Assembly (NCBI GenBank): GCA_947365805.1
Contig: CANAZY010000005.1
Location: forward strand, 41,889 to 105,888
Origin: an uncultured Clostridium sp.
GTDB taxonomy: Bacteria; Bacillota; Clostridia; TANB77; CAG-508
Direction: 5' to 3'
Length of the DNA: 64,000 nt
The notes beneath the pieces were generated by a model, which searched no databases, had not been told where the DNA came from, and worked only from the letters and a program-made list of their open reading frames with translations. This document shows positions 49,305 to 60,335 of the stretch, piece after piece (the first letter of the stretch is position 1; the number at the start of each line of letters is the position of its first letter). The translations under genes and the position numbers were made by a program.

Positions 49305-49973
49305 TTAAAATTCTTCTACTGATAGTTTTGCATAATAATCTGGATTAAACTCTTCGTCATATGGTATTTCATCGAATATTTCTGGCATTTGTTCTTTAAA
49401 GTATTTTAATAATGGAATCATAATTTGGCGAATTGCTGGATGAACATGATTATTTGCTCTTAGACTAAAAATATGTTTCCATTCTCTAATATTGGCTGTC
49501 ATTGTATATTCTGCTGCTGTTGAATGTGGCAACAAATTTCTACACATATCTGTAGTTGCTCCTAATTCTTTCATTTTAATATATCCATTTTCAGCTTCTT
49601 GCATTGTATTTTTCCATACTTCGTACATTGCTTTATCTTCTATATATACTGGATTCATAAAGCTAACTTCATTTCCGTATTTGTCTTTATTATAACTACA
49701 ATATCTAGTAGATTCCACAGAAAAACTCGCAAATCTATGTCTTGTTAAATCTTTATAAGAACCAATATCACTATAAATTCGAACTGTAACTTTTTCGTGT
49801 TCTAATACAGATTCATGTCCACGGCCAATACAGTTTTTTAATAAATTTTTATAACTTTCATCTGTTATTTTATCTTCTGAACGATAGCACGTTCTACATG
49901 CTCTTTCAATTCTTCTCATAACTTCTTTTCCGTCAAATTTCTCTACCATTACCCATGGTTCTACAATTCTCAT
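49305..49973 (-). CDS. thyX: FAD-dependent thymidylate synthase
   Basis: ThyX motif RHRFASFSVESTRY. AGGAGG before ATG 49973. Confidence 0.85.
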   Translation of the reverse strand: MRIVEPWVMVEKFDGKEVMRRIERACRTCYRSEDKITDESYKNLLKNCIGRGHESVLEHEKVTVRIYSDIGSYKDLTRHRFASFSVESTRYCSYNKDKYGNEVSFMNPVYIEDKAMYEVWKNTMQEAENGYIKMKELGATTDMCRNLLPHSTAAEYTMTANIREWKHIFSLRANNHVHPAIRQIMIPLLKYFKEQMPEIFDEIPYDEEFNPDYYAKLSVEEF

Positions 49974-50078
49974 AATCGTTCCTCCTAATTTCATTTTACT
50001 TTTCTTACTATATCAAATACTACTACTTTTTTCAACAAAAAAGAAGAAATATTTTCATATTTCTTCTTTGTATTTATT

Positions 50079-50954
50079 TTATTCTCCTCTTCCCTCAGGA
50101 AGTGCTGGCATATCTAATACAATTCTTATTTTTAATATATAACTAATCGTTCTTCCAAATTTACTATTTTTAATTCTTTGCCATAGAGATGGTTTTACTT
50201 CAACTCTTGTATTAGCAAGGTATTCTGCTTGTTCTTGATTTATTTGTTGTGTTTCTTTTGCTACTGCAACATTGGCTTTTGGTTGAGCTGTAACAGCCTC
50301 TTCTACAACAGTTTCTTCACTATCTAAGTCAAGAGGTGTTGGTATTACTTTTAGAGCATCTGCAACTTCAATTCCAATATAGCTTAATGCTTTTGAACGA
50401 TCTTCTATTCTTTCCATATCTATTTCAATATGTAGGTTAGATTCTAGATTTGTAATTCTTGCTTGGATTAGTTTTACAGCATCTTCATAATTTTGAGAAG
50501 TTTTTCCTTTTGATCTTCCAATAATTCCTAATGTATCAATAATGTCTTCACCAAATTTTTCTTCTGATGCTTTGACAGTATTTTTCCAATCCTTTTCTTT
50601 GTTTTCTACAACTTCTAATAAATCTTTTAATTCTCCAGAAAGCATAATATTTTTTTCTCTTTGACGAATTAATTCTTCAATTTGTTTTGTATTTTCTTCA
50701 AATTGATTTGTTGCATATTCTACTAAACCATAAGCTGCTTTATATACATCTTTTGGAAAGTTTTTCTTTTTTGGATATTCAATTAAATAGGTTTTAATTG
50801 ATTCAATTAAATCTTTAAAGTAAGAATCGTCATCTAATTGTACGATTTGTTTCTTACTGTTTGGATTAATCAATTTTTGTACCTTATCAATGTTTGATAA
50901 AATCTTTTCTTGTGTAATTACCATTCTTACGTTTACTATGCCGCTTCTTGACAT
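50079..50954 (-). CDS. hypothetical coiled-coil-rich protein
   Basis: ORF track only. Confidence 0.4.
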   Translation of the reverse strand: MSRSGIVNVRMVITQEKILSNIDKVQKLINPNSKKQIVQLDDDSYFKDLIESIKTYLIEYPKKKNFPKDVYKAAYGLVEYATNQFEENTKQIEELIRQREKNIMLSGELKDLLEVVENKEKDWKNTVKASEEKFGEDIIDTLGIIGRSKGKTSQNYEDAVKLIQARITNLESNLHIEIDMERIEDRSKALSYIGIEVADALKVIPTPLDLDSEETVVEEAVTAQPKANVAVAKETQQINQEQAEYLANTRVEVKPSLWQRIKNSKFGRTISYILKIRIVLDMPALPEGRGE

Positions 50955-51113
50955 TGTAAACCTCCCTCCTTTGTCCTACGTATCTACCACTTCACATTAT
51001 ACAACTTCTCTTAAAAAACTACAATAGGATTCACTAAAATTTATATTTCATTTTCGTTACAATTTTATTACAACTTTTATATAAAAGTCAACAAATTTCT
51101 ACATTTTTTTTAT

Positions 51114-51684
51114 TTATTTTTTTGCTAGTCCTTTTAGTATTGAATTATCAAATTCTTTATACAATTTTGGAATATCAATTTCTTCTTTAATCTTCGTCTT
51201 ATATACCAAGCTAGAACAAGTTAATCCAAAAATTCCGTGAAGCAATAATTTCAGAATCGCCATCAATAATTTCCCCTTTTTGAATTCCTTCTTCTACTAA
51301 GTCCTCAATTGTTTTAATATATTCAATTACTTTTTCTTTGCACATAATATTTCTTGGTTCATGTCCCCAAATTTGGCTAAGAACAATCGTCATAAAATCT
51401 TCATATTTTGCTATAATTTTAATTTGAATCAAAATAACTGCTCTTAATTTATCAATTGTATGGTCTAATTTTGAGATTTTAATATCAATACTATTTTTTA
51501 ATAGTTTCATTCCTTCTTCTACTAAGAAATTAAAAATTTCTTCTTTGCTAGAAAAATGATAATACAAAGTACCTTTTGCAACCCCTACAGTTGCTGTTAT
51601 TTCTTCAATACTAGTAGCATCATACCCTTTTTTAGCAAACAATTTCATAGAAGTTTCGAATATCTTCCTTTTTGTTTTATTCAT
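51114..51684 (-). CDS. TetR-family transcriptional regulator, interrupted; needs a +1 shift at CGG 51235-51237
   Basis: N-terminal HTH FAKKGYDATSIEEITATVGVAKGTLYYHF. The 0 frame stops 7 codons after the CGG. The +1 frame adds GIFGLTCSSLVYKTKIKEEIDIPKLYKEFDNSILKGLAKK*, giving a normal length of about 189 aa. Confidence 0.65.
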
Positions 51685-51692
51685 AGCTTCCC

Positions 51693-52265
51693 CTATTCTT
51701 TTTCTAATTTCTTTTCTTGTTCAATAATCGTTTTTATAATGGCAACCGTTTTTTCAAAATTATCATTTTTAATAACATAATCGTAATTCGTTATTTTAGA
51801 TTCTTCATATTTTAGCCTACCAATTCGTAAATCGATTTCTTCTGCTGACAGATTATCTCCTCTATTTTTAAGTCTTGTACGTAGTTCCTGTTCATTTACT
51901 TTTAGAAAAATCGTAACCATTTTGGTATCATCTTTTAATAAACGAATTAAATTTTGCGTTCCGTTTACTTCAATATCTTTTACAATGATTTTTCCACTTT
52001 CAATTTTTTCATTTAATAGCTTTCGTGATGTTCCATAGTAATTTTCGTGATGTAAATCATATTCATAAAATTCTTCTTCTTTAATTCTTTGTTCAAATTC
52101 TTCTTTACTAATAAAATGATAAGCATCTCCTTCTTCCTCTCCTGGTCTTGGCTTTCTTGAAGTATAAGATGGAAGAGAAGTCACTTCATCCATGGTTCTA
52201 ATTAATTCTTTTTTTATTGTATCCTTTCCTGCTCCTGAAACTCCTGATAATATTACTAACATCAT
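51693..52265 (-). CDS. gmk: guanylate kinase
   Basis: LSGVSGAGKDTI and TSRKPRPGEEEG. Confidence 0.85.
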   Translation of the reverse strand: MMLVILSGVSGAGKDTIKKELIRTMDEVTSLPSYTSRKPRPGEEEGDAYHFISKEEFEQRIKEEEFYEYDLHHENYYGTSRKLLNEKIESGKIIVKDIEVNGTQNLIRLLKDDTKMVTIFLKVNEQELRTRLKNRGDNLSAEEIDLRIGRLKYEESKITNYDYVIKNDNFEKTVAIIKTIIEQEKKLEKE

Positions 52266-52281
52266 TAAACACCTTTTCTTC

Positions 52282-52479
52282 TTATTCTTCTTCTATAATT
52301 GTTACCTTTCCTTCTGCAACTTCATCTGCCGCTAGAGTAACCATTGATTCTTCTTGTTTATCTGTTAATGGTTTATCTCCTTTTGATAATTGTCTTGCTC
52401 TTTTTGCTGTCACTACTACTAATTCAAATTGATTATTTACTTTTTTTAATAAATTGGTAACACTTGGTTCTACCATCAT
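52282..52479 (-). CDS. rpoZ: DNA-directed RNA polymerase subunit omega
   Basis: FELVVVTAKRARQL. Confidence 0.85.
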   Translation of the reverse strand: MMVEPSVTNLLKKVNNQFELVVVTAKRARQLSKGDKPLTDKQEESMVTLAADEVAEGKVTIIEEE

Positions 52480-52499
52480 TTTACATCTACCCCTTTTCT

Positions 52500-52757
52500 T
52501 TATTCGTCTACATCTTCTTTATCATCTTTCTCTAGTCTTCCTGCAACCGTTTCTGGTTGAACTGCTGATAATATAATATGTCCAGAATCCATAATAACAA
52601 CTGCTCTTGTACGTCTTCCATAAGTAGCATCTACTGCCATTTTTGAATCCTTTGCTTCTTGCACCATACGTTTAATTGGTGCAGACTCTGGACTTACAAT
52701 CGCAACAATTCGATTTGCTGAAACAATATTTCCAAATCCTATATTAATTAATTGCAT
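52500..52757 (-). CDS. remA: RemA/DUF370 family regulator
   Basis: [28 protein letters not shown]. Confidence 0.85.
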   Translation of the reverse strand: MQLINIGFGNIVSANRIVAIVSPESAPIKRMVQEAKDSKMAVDATYGRRTRAVVIMDSGHIILSAVQPETVAGRLEKDDKEDVDE

Positions 52758-52769
52758 CCTTATTCTCCT

Positions 52770-53642
52770 TTATTCAATATTTTGAATTTGTTCACGGATA
52801 TCTTCTATTCTGGTTTTAATATCAATTACCAAATTGGTTATTTCTAAACTGCCAGATTTTGAACCAATCGTATTGGTTTCACGGTTCATTTCTTGAATTA
52901 GAAAATCAATTTTCTTTCCAATTGGTGTTTCTTCTTCTATCATTCCACGAAATTGTATCATATGGCTTTTTAGTCTTGTAAGTTCTTCTTCTACAGAACA
53001 TTTATCAGCATAAATAACAATTTCTTGGTTTAGACGTTCTTTATCTACCACATCCGTTTTTAAAATTTCTTTAATTCTTGTTTCTAATTTTACTACATAT
53101 TCTTCTACAAGTCCAGTAGAATATGTAATAATTTGTGAAACTTTTTCTTCTATTTCACCAATTCTTACTCTCAAGTCTTCTTTTATTTTGTTTCCTTCTT
53201 GCTCACGCATTGCTATAAAGCTTTTAATCGCCTCTTCTAAACATATTTTTAGTTCATTCCAAATCGTATCTTCATCTTCTACATTTTGAATTGTTAACAC
53301 ATCTGGAAATTTGGAAATTTCTGTTACAGGAATATTAGCATTAATATCATTTTCATTGGCAAGTTCTTTTAGTTCCTCAATATATAATTTTGCAAGTTCA
53401 TGATTCATCTTAATGTTTTTTCCTTTGGCACTATTGTTTTCAAAGTTAATATACACATCAATTTTCCCTCTTGCAATATGACTTGTTATTTCTTTTTTTA
53501 CTTTTTCTTCTAGATAACTAATACTCCTTGGCATCTTCACACTAATATCGCAATATCTGTGATTAACCGATTTTATCTCAATATTATATAATCTTCCTTC
53601 ATTTTCATAATTTGCTCTTCCAAAGCCTGTCATACTTTTCAT
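52770..53642 (-). CDS. yicC: YicC/YloC-family stress-induced protein
   Basis: MKSMTGFGRA...IKSVNHRY...QEMNRETNTIGSKS. Confidence 0.85.
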   Translation of the reverse strand: MKSMTGFGRANYENEGRLYNIEIKSVNHRYCDISVKMPRSISYLEEKVKKEITSHIARGKIDVYINFENNSAKGKNIKMNHELAKLYIEELKELANENDINANIPVTEISKFPDVLTIQNVEDEDTIWNELKICLEEAIKSFIAMREQEGNKIKEDLRVRIGEIEEKVSQIITYSTGLVEEYVVKLETRIKEILKTDVVDKERLNQEIVIYADKCSVEEELTRLKSHMIQFRGMIEEETPIGKKIDFLIQEMNRETNTIGSKSGSLEITNLVIDIKTRIEDIREQIQNIE

Positions 53643-53706
53643 GTTCTTTTACCTCTTTTCTTTGTTGTTTTCTAAAACAGGTTGATGAGGACATCGACCC
53701 CTACAA

Positions 53707-54246
53707 TTATTTTCTAATTATTTCGTTAATATCACTTAGACTGGCAATGTATTGTTTTTTCATCTTTTTATAAATAATAATAGATTTTCCTACATAGTAA
53801 ATAGCAAATGCATATGCTACTATTGCTGAATATATATGAAACTCTTTCATTTGTACCATATAAATATAGCTAGAAAACAATGTTACAATCGCTAGAACAA
53901 GACATTCAATTCCATGAATACACAAATTACCATTTTCTTTTTTATAACTAATTTCAAATAAAATAATAGTAAGAACAATTAGTCCCATACTAAATACTTT
54001 TATATCTTTAAGAAACACTGTTGTTTCAATATTTAAAGAACCTAAACTTAGCAAATAAAAAAACACCATTAAAATATCTGCAATAAAAATATTTTCAAAT
54101 AATTTTTTATTGATTTTTTCTTCTTCTTCTTTTGGTAATTGTTTTTTATCAATTACTTCTTTTTCTAATTTCTCAATGTTTTGCTTTACTCTTTCTAGGT
54201 CTTCTCTATCTTTTTCTTCTTGTGGCATTGTTTCTTTTTTTCTCAT
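53707..54246 (-). CDS. hypothetical membrane protein
   Basis: 179 aa. Charged N-terminus followed by four TM helices. Confidence 0.45.
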   Translation of the reverse strand: MRKKETMPQEEKDREDLERVKQNIEKLEKEVIDKKQLPKEEEEKINKKLFENIFIADILMVFFYLLSLGSLNIETTVFLKDIKVFSMGLIVLTIILFEISYKKENGNLCIHGIECLVLAIVTLFSSYIYMVQMKEFHIYSAIVAYAFAIYYVGKSIIIYKKMKKQYIASLSDINEIIRK

Positions 54247-54251
54247 ACCAT

Positions 54252-55004
54252 CTACTCCATTTCATCAAATTCGTACATAATAACACTTGCAAGTACAATT
54301 GGTGCTGTTTCCGTCCTTAAAATCCTTTTTCCTAATGTAACAACCTTTGTATTGGGAATTGTTTTTAAAAATTCAATCTCTTCTTTTTCAATTCCCCCCT
54401 CTGGTCCCACTAAAACTGCTATTTCTTGTACATGTTTTTCATGTATCTGTTTTAAAACCTGTTTTATTGTAGTCCTATCTTCTTCTTCATATGCCACAAT
54501 TACTATATCATATTTTTCTAATTTTTCATAGATATTTTTGAAACTTACTAAAGAATGTACCTTAGGTATTTTATCTCTTTTACTCTGCTTTGCTGCAACT
54601 TCAGCAATTTTTTGCCATCTTTCTATTTTTTTTGCTTCAGCCTTTTCATCTAACTTCACTACACATCGTTCCATCTTTACTGGAGTAATATCACTCACCC
54701 CAATTTCTGTTCCCTTTTGAATAATTGCTTCCATTTTTTCCTGTTTTGGTAACCCTTGAAAAATATGTAATGAAATACCAGTTTCCGTTGTCTCAAAACA
54801 CTCTTCTAATATCTCTCCTAAAATATTATCATTATTTAACTCTACAATTTTAGTAATATAGGATTTAGCTGTATCGACACTACATACTTGTATTAATTCT
54901 TCTTTTTGTAGTCTAAGTACATTTTTTATATGGTTTACATCTTCTCCTATAATTTGAACTTTCTTATCTTTAATCTGATTCTCTTTTACAAAAAATTTAT
55001 ACAT
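54252..55004 (-). CDS. rsmE: 16S rRNA (uracil1498-N3)-methyltransferase
   Basis: MYKFFV..., LVGPEGGIEKEE and LGKRILRTETA. GGAGGAACGAA before ATG 55004. Confidence 0.8.
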   Translation of the reverse strand: MYKFFVKENQIKDKKVQIIGEDVNHIKNVLRLQKEELIQVCSVDTAKSYITKIVELNNDNILGEILEECFETTETGISLHIFQGLPKQEKMEAIIQKGTEIGVSDITPVKMERCVVKLDEKAEAKKIERWQKIAEVAAKQSKRDKIPKVHSLVSFKNIYEKLEKYDIVIVAYEEEDRTTIKQVLKQIHEKHVQEIAVLVGPEGGIEKEEIEFLKTIPNTKVVTLGKRILRTETAPIVLASVIMYEFDEME

Positions 55005-55102
55005 TTCGTTCCTCCACACATGCATTATACCAAAAATAAAACGAAGAGTAAATAGTACTTTTCACTATTTACTCTTCGTTCTTCTCTCTTACCAAGCACT
55101 CC

Positions 55103-55984
55103 TTATGCTCTTGGGTGTGCATGTTTATATATATTTTTTATACTTTCATCTTGGAATTGCATATATACTTGTGTTGAAGATATATCAGAATGTCCAAGCA
55201 TGGTTTGGATTGATTTTAAATCAGCTCCATTTTGTAATAAATGTGTTGCAAAAGAATGTCTTAATACATGTGGTGTAATCTCCTTTGTAATGTGAGCTTG
55301 TTCTTTATAATATTTTACAATCTTCCAAAATCCTTGACGAGTTAATCTCTTTCCATTTGTGTTAACAAATAAAGCAGTTACTTTTTCATCTTTAATTAAA
55401 ATTGGTCTTGAGTTTTCAATATAATCTGCTAATGCTTTTAATGAAAGAGAACCTAAAGGAATATTTCTTTGTTTAGAACCTGTTTTACAAGATACTAATC
55501 CATCTTTTAAATTAACATCTTCTATATTTAAAGAAATAATTTCAGTTACTCTCATTCCAGTTGCATAAGCAAATTCCAACATTGCTTTATCACGAATTCC
55601 CTTTAAATCAATATTTTTTGGTTGTTCTAATAATAATTCAATTTCAGATGAAGTTAAAACACTTGGTGCTTTTTTCTCAACTTTTGGAGATTGAATTTTA
55701 TCTGTTGGATCTTTCTTTACTTTTTTATTACGTACTAAAAATTGATAAAAAGAACGAATTGATGCAATATTTCTTGAAATTGTTGATGTTTTTTTACCGA
55801 TTTGTTGTAGGTGGGAAAAGTATTGTTTCATATCTTCCTCTGTTACTTTTTGATAGTTCACTTTGTTTTCTTCTAAATAATCTTCAAATTGTACAATATC
55901 TCTTCTATATGATTGTAACGTATTCTCAGATAATTTTTTATCTTCCTTAATAAATTCTAAAAAATTGCTAATTTGTTTTTCCAT
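55103..55984 (-). CDS. xerD: tyrosine site-specific recombinase XerD/XerC
   Basis: ATGMRVTE...HVLRHSFATHLL..GADL..IQ.MLGHSDISSTQVY. Confidence 0.8.
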   Translation of the reverse strand: MEKQISNFLEFIKEDKKLSENTLQSYRRDIVQFEDYLEENKVNYQKVTEEDMKQYFSHLQQIGKKTSTISRNIASIRSFYQFLVRNKKVKKDPTDKIQSPKVEKKAPSVLTSSEIELLLEQPKNIDLKGIRDKAMLEFAYATGMRVTEIISLNIEDVNLKDGLVSCKTGSKQRNIPLGSLSLKALADYIENSRPILIKDEKVTALFVNTNGKRLTRQGFWKIVKYYKEQAHITKEITPHVLRHSFATHLLQNGADLKSIQTMLGHSDISSTQVYMQFQDESIKNIYKHAHPRA

Positions 55985-56114
55985 GTTTACTCCCTACCCT
56001 TAAACTTCTTATTTTATGTAATTCACACAATTAACATAACAACTAATGTTATATCAAAATTATTTGAAATTGTAAATAGCTTTTTTCGATTTTTTTCAAA
56101 ATATTTTTTATCCC

Positions 56115-56763
56115 TTAAAAGTATTTGGCACAAATTTCCAATAAACTTGAGGAAATGTATACTTCAATAAAAGCAGATATTTCTAGAGTTGCAAGCAATA
56201 TACAAGAAAAAATAGTATGTCTTGTGATTTCTAATTTTATCGTTTCTCTTCTTCTATCTTTTACAATTGCTTTATATAATTTCATACCACTAACTGCTAA
56301 TGCCAATATACATGGAATAAAAATAATATTTTGTAGTAAAATCGATGTTGTAACAAATAAAATACCGTTTTCCTATTCCTAATGTAGCAACAATAGATGA
56401 TATGGTATAACCCAGGCAAAATCCACGATAAAGGATAATTCCATACACAATCGGAATACCAATTACGGTTGAGCCAACAAACCATAGAGCAAGTACCAAT
56501 AAAAAATTCGAAATCAAACAATCTTTTAGTAATACTCCTTTATCAATCTGTGCATTTTCTTTTAAAGAATTGGTAAAGTCATTTAAATAACCTGTAATAT
56601 CTTCTATTTGCATTTCAGAAGCATTGTTTACAAAAATAACACCACAAATGATTCCTATTAAAAATAACAATACCACAATACTGTATTCTCTTATGTTATT
56701 TTTGATATGTGTAACAAAAATTTCTTTTACTCTACTATTTCTCTTTTTTCCTAAGTTTCTCAA
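56115..56763 (-). CDS. spoIIM: stage II sporulation protein M, interrupted; needs a +1 shift at CGG 56365-56367
   Basis: Pieces 56290..56763 and 56115..56306 join as ...SSIVATLGIGK|GILFVTTSILLQNIIFIPCILALAVSGMKLYKAI.... TTG start with GGAGGG upstream. Confidence 0.65.
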
Positions 56764-56826
56764 AATATTACCCTCCTATATCTTATACATAATGTCTATG
56801 TAATAAAATGAGATTTAGAACTTTTT

Positions 56827-58023
56827 TTATTCTTTTGTTGTGACCTTACCATATACACCACCACCACCAGCTTGTATGGTAAGTCCACCATCTCTTGCCA
56901 TAACAATATTGTGAGCAATTTTATGATTTGTTACTGCTTCTATATCATCTTCTGATAATTTATGTAAAATCGTCATTTCAGTATCAAAATAGTCTAATAA
57001 TCTATCAATTGTTTTTGCACCCAGTCCTGGTATAAACGTAAGAGGTACTTGGTATACATATGGGGGTCGATTTTCAGGACTTTTTGTTTCTTCCTTATCT
57101 TTAATCATTTCGATTCTATCAAAAACCCCCATCGTAATATTTTTAGAATCACAATCTGGACAACTTGTAATTGGGGCAATACCTTCTACATTTTTTTCAC
57201 ATGTTTCGCAATATGTTCTATGGTATTTTCCGAGTTTTGGATCTAATCCGTAATTAGCTAAAATTTTTCTTCCTTCTTGTCCTTTTACTGCTTTTACGAA
57301 TTCTTTAAAACTAATATCTTCTACCAACATTTTATTATATTCTCTTGCAATTTTAGGAAGAGAATGTGCATCAGAATTGGTTAGAAAACTTCTCGTTTCT
57401 AATTCCGAAATCGTATCTGCTAAAAAAGTATCTGAACTTAATCCTAATTCAATGGCAAAAATTTTATCAAATTTTTCCTTAAAAATCTTTGATAATCGGT
57501 CAGTACAATTTCCATAGAAACTTTTATGCGGCGTAAATGCATGTGCTGGAATTAAGATACCATTATACTTTTCTACAATATCAATTAACTCATAAGCTGA
57601 AATATCTGCTCTTTGAGAGCTTAGTGTCATATTCCTAATATGATAACTCATTTCATTTGAAAAGCCTTTTATATCTTGTAAGGTTGGAAAATAGCATAAG
57701 TTATGAGCACTCCCTGTTTTTCCTTCATCATTTTTTTCCGAAGTCTCAATCTCACTTCCTAAAATGATACATACTTTATCTTTATATACAATACCTCCAT
57801 CTGGTATTTCGTATGCTTCTCCATTTTGTAAGAATTCTTCAATGTCTTCAATAACATATGGTGAAGCACAATCAATAATTCCTACCACATTAATTCCTTT
57901 TCTTTGCACACATTCTTTTGCAATATTTTCAAAATTCAAACTCCTTGCAGCGGTTATTTTAATTGGTTTATTTGATTTACTCCTTCCTATATGAACGTGT
58001 AAATCTGCAAATATCTCATACAT
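56827..58023 (-). CDS. Endonuclease Q-like PHP-domain protein (TIGR00375-type)
   Basis: FADLHVHIGRS, zinc finger CETCEK...CPDC and C-terminal IPGLGAKTIDRLL helix-hairpin-helix. Confidence 0.6.
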   Translation of the reverse strand: MYEIFADLHVHIGRSKSNKPIKITAARSLNFENIAKECVQRKGINVVGIIDCASPYVIEDIEEFLQNGEAYEIPDGGIVYKDKVCIILGSEIETSEKNDEGKTGSAHNLCYFPTLQDIKGFSNEMSYHIRNMTLSSQRADISAYELIDIVEKYNGILIPAHAFTPHKSFYGNCTDRLSKIFKEKFDKIFAIELGLSSDTFLADTISELETRSFLTNSDAHSLPKIAREYNKMLVEDISFKEFVKAVKGQEGRKILANYGLDPKLGKYHRTYCETCEKNVEGIAPITSCPDCDSKNITMGVFDRIEMIKDKEETKSPENRPPYVYQVPLTFIPGLGAKTIDRLLDYFDTEMTILHKLSEDDIEAVTNHKIAHNIVMARDGGLTIQAGGGGVYGKVTTKE

Positions 58024-58121
58024 CTTCTTTCCTCCTCCAAAAGTGAAGCTTTTGTACTCTTCACTTTTCATTTTACCTAAAAGATAAGAGGATTACAAAC
58101 TAATCCTCTTATCTTTTGTAA

Positions 58122-58358
58122 CTATAACTTAACCTTATCTTCTAAAACATATTCAATTGGTTCACGTTTAAAATTAATTTTTGAAAAGTCTACATTTTCA
58201 TCTTGCATATGAACCTTTGTTATATCTTCCATCTCACCATTAACATTTATTTGTGCAATTTCAATAGCTTCTGCTGTTTGGTTTAAGTCTAATTTATTAA
58301 ATATTCTTCCTAATTTTGATACTGTTCCATAATAAGTATTCAAGTCTAATCCACTCAT
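58122..58358 (-). CDS. 78-aa hypothetical protein
   Basis: GGAGGGAGAAAT precedes ATG 58358. Confidence 0.45.
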   Translation of the reverse strand: MSGLDLNTYYGTVSKLGRIFNKLDLNQTAEAIEIAQINVNGEMEDITKVHMQDENVDFSKINFKREPIEYVLEDKVKL

Positions 58359-58372
58359 ATTTCTCCCTCCTC

Positions 58373-58915
58373 TTAAACAGCAATTCCTTCTGTAGCACAT
58401 ACAAACTCTTTAAATTTTTCCAAATAACAATTATTTTTTCCCTTTAAATTACGAAATTCCAATAAAATTAGAGCTTCATCTACCGGATAGCCCCTTCTTT
58501 CTGGTCGATTTAATAACATTCCTCCAAAATTATCCACAAGTTCTAATATATCACTTTCTTTTTCTCTTGGACTACTTCCACTATAACGATTTACTTCTTC
58601 ACAAATTTTACAAAACTTCTCATCAAACCCTAACGTTGCTAGATATTTTGCTCCTTCTTTGGCATAAGACTGAATTTTCGATAATTCTTGAACATTATTT
58701 ATTTTTTTACAACCACATAGTAAACATGCTGTTAATACCATATTTTTATCAACATCATCAATATGCATGTCTTCTATAAACATTCTAGCAAGTTCTGTTT
58801 TAAAAATAACGGAATTATCGAAGAAAATGTTGGCCCTTTTCTTTAGGTAATAAACAATTTCCATTTTTTTGATATAGTTATGTTCTGACAAAATATAATC
58901 TGCAAATGTCTCCAT
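58373..58915 (-). CDS. hypothetical protein (possibly HD-domain-like)
   Basis: ORF track only; weak recognition. Confidence 0.35.
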   Translation of the reverse strand: METFADYILSEHNYIKKMEIVYYLKKRANIFFDNSVIFKTELARMFIEDMHIDDVDKNMVLTACLLCGCKKINNVQELSKIQSYAKEGAKYLATLGFDEKFCKICEEVNRYSGSSPREKESDILELVDNFGGMLLNRPERRGYPVDEALILLEFRNLKGKNNCYLEKFKEFVCATEGIAV

Positions 58916-59045
58916 CGTTTTCTCCTTTCTTCGTTTCGTCATTTGTACTTACTATGATACATTTTCATTATATGATAAAATATGACATAATTCAAGCATG
59001 TTACAAAAATGTCATACATCTGTAACATGCTTGAATTATTCACTC

Positions 59046-59636
59046 TTATTCTATTAGCTTGCTAATTATTTTTTCAATTTCCTTTTCTAATGTCAACTCA
59101 CTTCCGTCATTGATAATTACATAATTTACTCGTTTTTTTAGTTCTTCTTCTGGCATTTGAATTGCTAGCCTCTTCCTTGCCATTTCTTTTGAAATCCCAT
59201 CTCTTTTGCAAATACGTTCAACCTTCTCTTCCTCTCTTGCCACAAGTCCAATGGTCGTATCACAAATTTTATCTAATCCACTCTCAAATAATAATGCTGC
59301 ATCAATGGCTACTGTTTTTTCATTTACTAATTCTGCTATTCTTTTTTTAATTTCTTCCACAACATAAACAAAGGTAAGATGATTTAGTATATTTCTTTTT
59401 TCCTCTTGTTCATAAATTAATTTAGCAAGTTCTTTTCTTTTTAATTCTCCTTTTTCATCTAATATTTCTTCTCCAAACTTGTTAGCAATCTCTTGTAAAT
59501 ACGGATTTCCTTTTTTTGATAGCTCTCTTGCTACTTCATCTGCATCAATAATACTTATATAATATTTTTCTTTTAATATCTTACATACACTTGTTTTTCC
59601 TGCTCCAGAGCTTCCTGTAATACCTATTATTTTCAT
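59046..59636 (-). CDS. coaE: dephospho-CoA kinase
   Basis: MKIIGITGSSGAGKTSV and IDAALLFESGL. Confidence 0.85.
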   Translation of the reverse strand: MKIIGITGSSGAGKTSVCKILKEKYYISIIDADEVARELSKKGNPYLQEIANKFGEEILDEKGELKRKELAKLIYEQEEKRNILNHLTFVYVVEEIKKRIAELVNEKTVAIDAALLFESGLDKICDTTIGLVAREEEKVERICKRDGISKEMARKRLAIQMPEEELKKRVNYVIINDGSELTLEKEIEKIISKLIE

Positions 59637-59647
59637 ATTGCCTCCTT

Positions 59648-60172
59648 TTATTGATATAAGGCATAACGCCCCGCATATATTTTTCGAAATCCTAATAATC
59701 CTTCAAAATCTTGTGGTTTTACCATAGATATACGTTTCTTAAAATGGTAGATTTTAGCTTTTTCTAACAAAAATGCAACAAAATAGCTACAAACATATCG
59801 ATTTTTAAATGTTACTGGAATTCCCAAAAAACGAAGGACAATTCCTATAAAATCATATTTATAATGATTACGATTGATAATAATATCGGTAAGAATTCTT
59901 TCTAGGTCTTCATATTGTTTGTCCGTAATTTCAATTTCATATATTTTACAAATTGTTTTGTTAAATTTTTGAAAAAACCTTCCATTTTTATATTCAATTG
60001 AAAAACCAGCATGTAATATGGAATTAAATTTTTTTCTTCCAAAACTATAAATAATATTACAGTTTTTTTCTAAAGAAATTCCTACATGACTATATGGATA
60101 ATTCGTAGCCATTTTAATTAGTTTTGCTGGTATCGTATTGGTATGCATTAAAAGTACATATATTTTTTTCAT
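59648..60172 (-). CDS. YiiX/YaeF-like permuted papain-fold (NlpC/P60 superfamily) protein
   Basis: YSHVGISL...C(S)YFVA pattern. Confidence 0.45.
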   Translation of the reverse strand: MKKIYVLLMHTNTIPAKLIKMATNYPYSHVGISLEKNCNIIYSFGRKKFNSILHAGFSIEYKNGRFFQKFNKTICKIYEIEITDKQYEDLERILTDIIINRNHYKYDFIGIVLRFLGIPVTFKNRYVCSYFVAFLLEKAKIYHFKKRISMVKPQDFEGLLGFRKIYAGRYALYQ

Positions 60173-60335
60173 CTTTTGCTCCTATCTAACTTACTTACAT
60201 CTCCTATTTTATACTATCATATTAACAAATCATTTTCAATATTCTCTTTAATAAATAAAATTTTTCCAATTCCCTATTGCATAAACACATGTTTGTGTGT
60301 TATATTAATACAAGAATATTTGTTTGGGTGATTTT